Notes under the pieces: generated by a model
The model's database searches: none
What the model was told of the DNA's origin: nothing
The model's input: the letters and a program-made list of their open reading frames with translations, nothing else
NCBI GenBank assembly: GCA_016840425.1
Contig: JAEOSI010000132.1
Coordinates: 1 to 6,441, forward strand
From: Candidatus Wukongarchaeum yapensis
Lineage (GTDB): Archaea; Asgardarchaeota; Wukongarchaeia; Wukongarchaeales; Wukongarchaeaceae
Direction of reading: 5' to 3'
Length of the DNA: 6,441 nucleotides
Part shown: in pieces, positions 1-4,628 of the stretch
Numbering within the stretch: position 1 is the first letter of the stretch
Layout: every line of letters starts with the position of its first letter
Made by a program: the position numbers and the translations under genes

Positions 1-30
1 AGTTTAAACTTTCTAAAGGCTGTTGTTTAC

Positions 31-79
31 TTTTTATTTTATTTGATATAGTTTTCTGATTGGCCATGATATTTCGATG
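31..79. repeat. 49-nt perfect direct repeat, copy 1 (copy 2 at 1588-1636)
   Basis: Base-by-base comparison at offset 1557 gives identity over 31-79 vs 1588-1636. Positions 80-186 vs 1637-1743 differ at 27 of 107 positions. Confidence 0.9.
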
Positions 80-186
80 TTTTCTTGGTTATATCTTGCT
101 TTGAGTGCTTTTATGAATTCGTGGATAACTAGAAATCTGTCACGGGTGGTTTTGATTCTTAGGATTATGTTGAGGTTGATATTGCT
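34..186 (-). pseudogene. mscS: C-terminal remnant (last 50 codons plus TAA) of an MscS-family channel paralog
   Basis: The minus strand reads SNINLNIILRIKTTRDRFLVIHEFIKALKARYNQENIEISWPIRKLYQIK*. It aligns without gaps to the C-terminus of the 1591-2646 protein (SNINFSIILRIEKPVDRFLVVHEFMKALKARYDKEGIEISWPIRKLYQIK*), 39/50 aa identical. There is no ATG in frame before the upstream TAG at 235-237, and homology ends at about 187. Confidence 0.9.
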
Positions 187-187
187 T

Positions 188-379
188 TCAAATCTCTTTC
201 TTCCAAAGTTTTTTTTCGTACGGTCATTCTTTCTCTATTGGTCATTCGTAACATTTGATATTGGTGCTTTGCAGCTGGTCCTTCCGTGTTGTATCAGGAG
301 TAAGTGGGCTTCCAATTTCTTTTCTTCAGATATTTTAGATTTTAGGGCTATTTAATGGCATAAAATGCTTTTTATCAAC
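188..379 (-). pseudogene. nth: 3' fragment of endonuclease III (HhH-GPD [4Fe-4S] DNA glycosylase), frameshifted, with TGA at two Cys-ligand positions
   Basis: From 351 the minus strand reads IALKSKISEEKKLEAHLLLIQHGRTSCKAP, then after a 1-nt frameshift IKCYE*PIEKE*PYEKKLWKKEI*. This matches the Nth C-terminal pattern H-x-x-L-I-x-H-G-R-x-x-C-X6-C-X2-C-X5-C-P. The first Cys (273-271) and second Cys (253-251) start 20 nt apart instead of 21. A weaker match (VDKKA.Y.IK) extends to about 379 with further indels. The N-terminal HhH part is absent. Confidence 0.8.
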
Positions 380-395
380 AGTTTTCATATGGGCT

Positions 396-752
396 TTAAC
401 TGGTTTCTTTCATGCTTTTTTCTAGGAGGGATAAAAAGCCTGCAAGGATAAGCAGAACCGCCCCTATGTCCCCTCCAAAAATGAGGGCTATTAGTCCCAA
501 AACTATTAGTATAAGCCAAGTAGTCTCTACTCTCGCTGGTAGATCTAATATACCATAACTCGACAACACTAAAAGGCCTATTCCGATAACGATGATACCT
601 GCTACCACGTCCGCTACCCTTTCCGCAAACCCTTCAATGGATGAAGCTCCATGCCCAGCCCCTTCAATAATGGTTAGAAAACCAAACAAGATACAAAGCA
701 ATCCTCCAAGAATTGCAAAAACCCTAACCAAATAATTCAAATCTATTTCCAA
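396..752 (-). CDS. Hypothetical integral membrane protein, about 118 aa, about 4 Gly-rich hydrophobic segments
   Basis: Open frame ending in TAA, with hydrophobic stretches VFAILGGLLCILFGFLTII, VVAGIIVIGIGLLVLSS, WLILIVLGLIALIFGG and IGAVLLILAGFLSLL. TTG at 752 is preferred because GAGAGGGA lies 5 nt upstream. The track start (TTG 767) is an alternative. Confidence 0.75.
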   Translation of the reverse strand: MEIDLNYLVRVFAILGGLLCILFGFLTIIEGAGHGASSIEGFAERVADVVAGIIVIGIGLLVLSSYGILDLPARVETTWLILIVLGLIALIFGGDIGAVLLILAGFLSLLEKSMKETS

Positions 753-822
753 TTCGATCCCTCTCAAAAAAGTGTTATTATTCTATTTTCGGAATTTTTC
801 ATTGGTATCTTGGATTTTCTTA

Positions 823-830
823 TTTTTAAA
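823..830 (-). promoter_or_regulatory. Possible TATA box (TTTAAAAA) for the 396-752 gene
   Basis: TATA-like octamer about 70 nt upstream of the start on the minus strand. The background is AT-rich, so support is weak. Confidence 0.35.
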
Positions 831-1014
831 TTTAGACCTAAAAAATAGATGGTATTAAAACTACCTACAACAAGATTATGGTCTTTATCTTAGGAATTTC
901 CTTACATAGTATAAATTCAAATTGAACTGCATAGCTTGAGGCATAAAGCCTCCTTAATAGGACAAGGAGTTCATCTGAAACTAGGTTATGCGCTGTTACT
1001 TTTTTTGGAAGATG

Positions 1015-1239
1015 TTAAGTTCTTTCATGTAAAGCAGAACTGACTAAAATTGCTAGTACCAGTATGCTAGCGGATAATACTCCGAAACTATCATCAAGAT
1101 CGTCAAATCCGACAAGGTCTGCAGCGATTTTCACTACGATTAAAACGATCGCAAAATAGATTATCGACATTATTATTATCACGACTGACGCTATTAGTAA
1201 CGAGACAAAATATTCTATTCTTTCCTTACTGACTGACAT
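1015..1239 (-). CDS. Small hypothetical membrane protein, 74 aa, two hydrophobic segments
   Basis: ATG start with GAGGGT shortly upstream and a TAA stop. Hydrophobic segments YFVSLLIASVVIIIMSIIYFAIVLIVV and FGVLSASILVLAILVSSAL are separated by an acidic loop (GFDDLDDS). Confidence 0.8.
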   Translation of the reverse strand: MSVSKERIEYFVSLLIASVVIIIMSIIYFAIVLIVVKIAADLVGFDDLDDSFGVLSASILVLAILVSSALHERT

Positions 1240-1293
1240 CCTATACCCTCTAAAAAGATTGTTTGATTACTTTTAGTTTAGTTTGATCACTTT

Positions 1294-1306
1294 TATTTAA
1301 ATTTTT
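1294..1306 (-). promoter_or_regulatory. BRE/TATA-like promoter AAAAATTTAAATA for the 74-aa gene
   Basis: Purine tract followed by TTTAAATA about 55 nt upstream of the ATG. The same 13-mer precedes both mscS genes. Confidence 0.55.
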
Positions 1307-1590
1307 AGGATGGAAATTGCTAAAACAGTTTTTAGGAACAAATTAAGAATATTTATGATTCTTAGCCAAAAATATATCTTAAAAGCTCATTTTGCATTTT
1401 TTTAAATCTTTTAACTTTTTAAGTTCTCAAAAATAGAGAAGGTAGTAAGCCTCAAATCAAATAAATGTTAAGATCATCGTGATCCCGGATATTTTTGTTT
1501 ATTTTACTGGTTTTTTGTGGTGGTTTGCCTTTGGAGTTGTTAGATCGCTGTTGTGTGAGAGTTAATGTGAGGAGGGAGGCGTTTGATTTT

Positions 1591-2646
1591 TTATTTTATT
1601 TGATATAGTTTTCTGATTGGCCATGATATTTCGATGCCTTCTTTGTCGTATCTTGCTTTTAGGGCTTTCATGAACTCATGGACGACTAAAAATCTGTCGA
1701 CGGGTTTTTCGATTCTTAGGATTATGGAGAAGTTGATGTTTGAGTCTCCGAATGTGTGGTATCTTATGAAGGGTTCGAAGGTTTTTAGTGCTCCAGGAAC
1801 TGTTTTTTGGATTTCTGTTGCTACTTCTATTGTAACTTTTTCTACTTTGGTAAGATCTGAATCGTAGGCAACACCGCATTGAACTACCACAGACATTTCT
1901 GGTACAGGCTTTGAATGGTTTGTGATTATGCTTTCAGCGAGTTTTGAGTTTGGAATTGTTACAAGGGTGTTAGGTAAGGTTCTTATTCTTGTCGATCTCC
2001 ATCCAATGTCTTCAACATAGCCCGTTAGGCCACCTTCTAGTTCAATAAAATCTCCGACATCTACTGGTCTGTCAGAGATAATGTTTAAACCGGCAAAAAG
2101 GTTTGAAAGAGTGCTTTGAAGGGCAAGCGCTATGGCTAAACCAGCTATACCAAAGGCAGCGACTAAGGGGCTTATCGCGATATCAAAATGATCTAAAATT
2201 ATTAAGAACGCGATGAGATAAACAAGTAAAGCTATTATTTTGTTGATTAGTTGGGGTGTTTTTTCAAACTTTTTCTCAACCCTCAACCAACGAGAAGTAA
2301 AAACTAGTAAAATTCTAGAAAATACTAAAGCTATTAGTAGCGCCGAAATAATGAAGATTATCCTGTCCATCCATTTATAATATTCTTCTAGTTCTGATAA
2401 GGACCTTAATCCTAGATATAAACCAATAAAGATTATGAACAGGTATAATGGCCCTATTATAACGTTTAATATCTCAGCTCTGATCTCTCTTTCGGCTTTT
2501 TCACTGATTTTTTTAGCATATCTCAGTAGTGCTGAATGAACGATTTTTGAAACTATTAATGTTCCTATTACAATAACTAAAAATTGCAAATATTCTACTT
2601 CGGCTATCTTTTCAATTAATTGTTCTATGTCTTTGATTCCAACCAT
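1591..2646 (-). CDS. mscS: MscS-family small-conductance mechanosensitive channel, 351 aa
   Basis: Several N-terminal TM segments, pore-helix-like LVAAFGIAGLAIALALQSTLSNLFAG, then GDFIE, GYVEDIGWRSTRIRT, IPNSKL, ITNHS and FGDSNINF, all typical MscS motifs. AGGAGGT at 2670-2664 is 17 nt from the ATG, which is unusually far. Confidence 0.95.
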   Translation of the reverse strand: MVGIKDIEQLIEKIAEVEYLQFLVIVIGTLIVSKIVHSALLRYAKKISEKAEREIRAEILNVIIGPLYLFIIFIGLYLGLRSLSELEEYYKWMDRIIFIISALLIALVFSRILLVFTSRWLRVEKKFEKTPQLINKIIALLVYLIAFLIILDHFDIAISPLVAAFGIAGLAIALALQSTLSNLFAGLNIISDRPVDVGDFIELEGGLTGYVEDIGWRSTRIRTLPNTLVTIPNSKLAESIITNHSKPVPEMSVVVQCGVAYDSDLTKVEKVTIEVATEIQKTVPGALKTFEPFIRYHTFGDSNINFSIILRIEKPVDRFLVVHEFMKALKARYDKEGIEISWPIRKLYQIK

Positions 2647-2682
2647 GTTTTCTACCCGTGTATACCTCCTTTTAAGGGGTCT

Positions 2683-2696
2683 TATTTAAATTTTTT
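2683..2696 (-). promoter_or_regulatory. BRE/TATA-like promoter AAAAAATTTAAATA for mscS (1591-2646)
   Basis: Lies 36 nt upstream of the ATG. The identical 14-mer is at 3220-3233 on the plus strand. Confidence 0.6.
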
Positions 2697-2821
2697 GAAC
2701 TAATTTTAGTACTAGTGGGTTATAATTTGATTTTATAAAAAACTAATTTTTAGGTATTAATACATTAAGCGAATAAAACTTGTTTAATGCTTATTGCGCA
2801 GAATTTAATTTTAGACAAAAA

Positions 2822-2862
2822 GGCTCTGTAGAAAACCTTTAGATTGTTATATAAATTTTATT
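2822..2862 (-). mobile_element. Isolated inverted copy of the IS right end
   Basis: GGCTCTGTAGAAAACCTTTAGATTGTTATATAAATT-TTATT aligns to the reverse complement of 3171-3211 (GGCTATGTATAAATCCTTTGGATT-TTATATAAATTCTTATT) at 36 of 42 columns. The match extends beyond the TIR into right-end-specific sequence. Confidence 0.8.
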
Positions 2863-2868
2863 TTTTTA

Positions 2869-3211
2869 GGCTCTGTAGAAACCGTGTGATTTGTGGCACG
2901 TTTCCCCCTCTTTTGTTTATTTACCCTTTAAGAGATAGGAACGTGCTATGATGTGTGGCGATTCTCGTTTTATAAGGTTTGCTAAGACTTTTTCAAGGTT
3001 TTTAAGAGGGTGAGGGTGCCTCTTCATTTCAGCAGGTTTTCCAACCGGTTGTACACGGTTTTCTCCGTTATGAAAAGACTGTTCGGAGAAGCGGTAAATT
3101 CGAGGAAGACAGGCTGCAGAACAAAGAGATTATCCTGAAAATGATCCCTACAACACCACAGAACCATAAGAATAAGAATTTATATAAAATCCAAAGGATT
3201 TATACATAGCC
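2869..3211 (+). mobile_element. Internally deleted, non-autonomous IS5-family (IS903-like ends) element, 343 bp
   Basis: Left TIR GGCTCTGTAGAAACC (2869-2883) and right TIR GGATTTATACATAGCC (3196-3211, reverse complement GGCTATGTATAAATCC) enclose transposase N- and C-terminal fragments. No target-site duplication was found. Confidence 0.8.
2948..3169 (+). pseudogene. Fused N- and C-terminal remnants of an IS5-family DDE transposase
   Basis: With three 1-nt frameshifts (about 2989-2993, 3110 and 3148) it reads MMCGDSRFIRFAKTF/FKVFKRVRVPLHFSRFSNRLY-T-VFSVMKRLFGEAVNSRK/RLQNKEIILKMI/YNTTEP*. TVFSVMKRLFGE..SR...Q..E...YN resembles the IS5-family C-terminal catalytic-Glu helix region. The central DDE core is missing. 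Confidence 0.75.
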
Positions 3212-3219
3212 GTCGGTAG

Positions 3220-3233
3220 AAAAAATTTAAATA
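3220..3233 (+). promoter_or_regulatory. BRE/TATA-like promoter AAAAAATTTAAATA for the second mscS
   Basis: TTTAAATA (3226-3233) ends 23 nt before ATG 3257, a spacing consistent with a leaderless archaeal transcript. No SD motif precedes the ATG. Confidence 0.6.
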
Positions 3234-3256
3234 TAGCATAAAGATTGCCGGATAAT

Positions 3257-4204
3257 ATGGCAAGAAAGAAGATAGGCAAAATATTAGCTTTAATAATAGT
3301 TACTGCTTTATTATGGTTCGCTAATTCCAGATATCCAAAAGATTATCTAGATAAAGGATTTTACACGTTTCTTGCATTAACTATTATTTATTTTATCTTC
3401 AAAGTTGCTGTCGAAGGAACAGTTATTAAAAGAATAAAAGAAGCTAAAGCAAAGTATTCTTTCAGAAAGGTTGTTTCTGTTCTATATATTGTGGTTCTTT
3501 TATTTGTCGTAATCAGGATATGGGTGCAGGATACTGGAAGTCTTTTACTTGCTAGTGGTTTGATTATTGCAGGGATAGCGATTTCTTTACAAGACTTTTT
3601 TAAGAACTTTGTTGGCGGAATACTAATATTTACAACTGGAATTTATCGTGTTGGAGATAGGGTCGAAATCGGCTCAAAAGTCGGCGACGTAATCGATATA
3701 GGTATTTTTAATACTACCCTCTTGGAACTAAAGGAGTGGGTGGCAGGAGATCAAGCAACAGGCAGACTGACATTAATTCCGAACGGTTATGTTTTATCCG
3801 GTAATGTGAGCAATTATACTAAAGACCACAACTTCATTTGGGATGAAATATCTCTCCCCTTAACATATGATAGTGACTGGAAAGAAGCGATTTCTAAAAT
3901 TTTAACCATTGTCAAAAAAGAGACTGAAAATATAACGGATCAGGCAGAAAAAGAGATCTCACAAATAAGGGAAAAATATTATCTGAGTGAAAGGAGGGTC
4001 GAGCCTCAAATATTTTTAACACCGACAGACAACTGGATAAACCTTAACATCAGATACGTAGTAGAGGTAAGAGGAAGAAGATTATTACGCGATAAATTAA
4101 GTCGAATGATTCTTAGTGAAATTGAAAAGTCTGAAAACATCAAAATAGCCTCAGCAACTTATGATATTGTAGGCTTCCCTGAAGTAAAATTAACACAAAA
4201 ATAA
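3257..4204 (+). CDS. mscS: MscS-family mechanosensitive channel, 315 aa, different subgroup from the divergent copy
   Basis: TM segments, LLASGLIIAGIAISLQDFFKNFVGG, YRVGDRVEIG, GDVIDIGIFNTTL, TGRLTLIPNGYV and NYTKDHNFIWDEI. ATG 3257 is preferred over the track TTG 3245 because of promoter spacing. Confidence 0.93.
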   Translation: MARKKIGKILALIIVTALLWFANSRYPKDYLDKGFYTFLALTIIYFIFKVAVEGTVIKRIKEAKAKYSFRKVVSVLYIVVLLFVVIRIWVQDTGSLLLASGLIIAGIAISLQDFFKNFVGGILIFTTGIYRVGDRVEIGSKVGDVIDIGIFNTTLLELKEWVAGDQATGRLTLIPNGYVLSGNVSNYTKDHNFIWDEISLPLTYDSDWKEAISKILTIVKKETENITDQAEKEISQIREKYYLSERRVEPQIFLTPTDNWINLNIRYVVEVRGRRLLRDKLSRMILSEIEKSENIKIASATYDIVGFPEVKLTQK

Positions 4205-4243
4205 GTAGGATTCTTAGAAATTAAATCTCCAAGTCAGACTTTC

Positions 4244-4393
4244 GAAATGCTTTGCATTTCCCGGAACTAACGAACACACACCACGACCGATAAAAGGCTT
4301 CGTCGGTGCTTCATCCAAAGTTTCCAATTTCGCTTCGCAAGTCTTCGTTTATCAGCATATATTAAGCGAAATAAAACAGTCGGGGGCGCTTCG
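4244..4393. repeat. Hairpin-rich intergenic element with recurring GCTTCG motifs
   Basis: GAAATGC-TTT-GCATTTC (4244-4260), CACCACGA/TCGTCGGTG with a one-base bulge (4279-4308) and a perfect 9-bp inverted repeat ATTTCGCTT/AAGCGAAAT (4327-4335, 4364-4372). GCTTCG occurs at 4297, 4332 and 4388. Confidence 0.55.
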
Positions 4394-4491
4394 CGTATAT
4401 TTTCTTTTAAATCTAAGTTATGAGCTGAAGAGATTCGCTAAAAAATTTAGAGAAATTACTGTATTTGATGCCAGGGAGGTGATAGGAAAGA

Positions 4492-4611
4492 ATGAGTAAA
4501 AAGTTCTTATATGCTGACCGAATGAGAGATAACAAGAAGTTCGCATCCTTCCAAATTGGAACAAAAAGCGATTTTAGTATATGCCGGCTTATAGGCAATT
4601 GGTCGCTATAA
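4492..4611 (+). CDS. Possible 39-aa small ORF upstream of the HEAT gene
   Basis: GGGAGGTGA (4474-4482) lies 9 nt before the ATG. It reads [39 protein letters not shown], with no recognised homology. Confidence 0.3.
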   Translation: MSKKFLYADRMRDNKKFASFQIGTKSDFSICRLIGNWSL

Positions 4612-4628
4612 GTTATGAAGGTGTAGAT

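Noticed and set aside
77-355. Plus-strand 92-aa ORF, similar to the plus-strand ORF at 1634-1867
   Set aside because: Both are antisense shadows of the mscS C-terminus, and the first also overlies the nth relic. Their similarity is explained by the mscS duplication.
923-991. Hairpin CTCCTT/AAGGAG (950-969) with nearby GCATAAA...GTTATGC, as an attC site or IS200/IS605 end
   Set aside because: The stem is only 6 bp, the core sites are imperfect and no transposase remnant is adjacent, so it cannot be told from chance.
31-1743. mscS duplicate pair as a diversity-generating retroelement TR/VR
   Set aside because: The differences are not adenine-specific (e.g. GTC/CGT, TCA/AGC, CAT/CAC), many are synonymous, and no reverse transcriptase is present.
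1634-1879. ORFs 1634-1867 (+) and 1676-1879 (-)
   Set aside because: They lie wholly inside mscS, antisense or in another frame, with no recognisable product.
2822-2883. Similarity of the IS TIR (GGCTCTGTAGAAACC) to the HEAT motif GGCTGTAGAACC
   Set aside because: The HEAT motif is fixed by Ala-Val-Glu-Pro codons, and the match is short and gapped.
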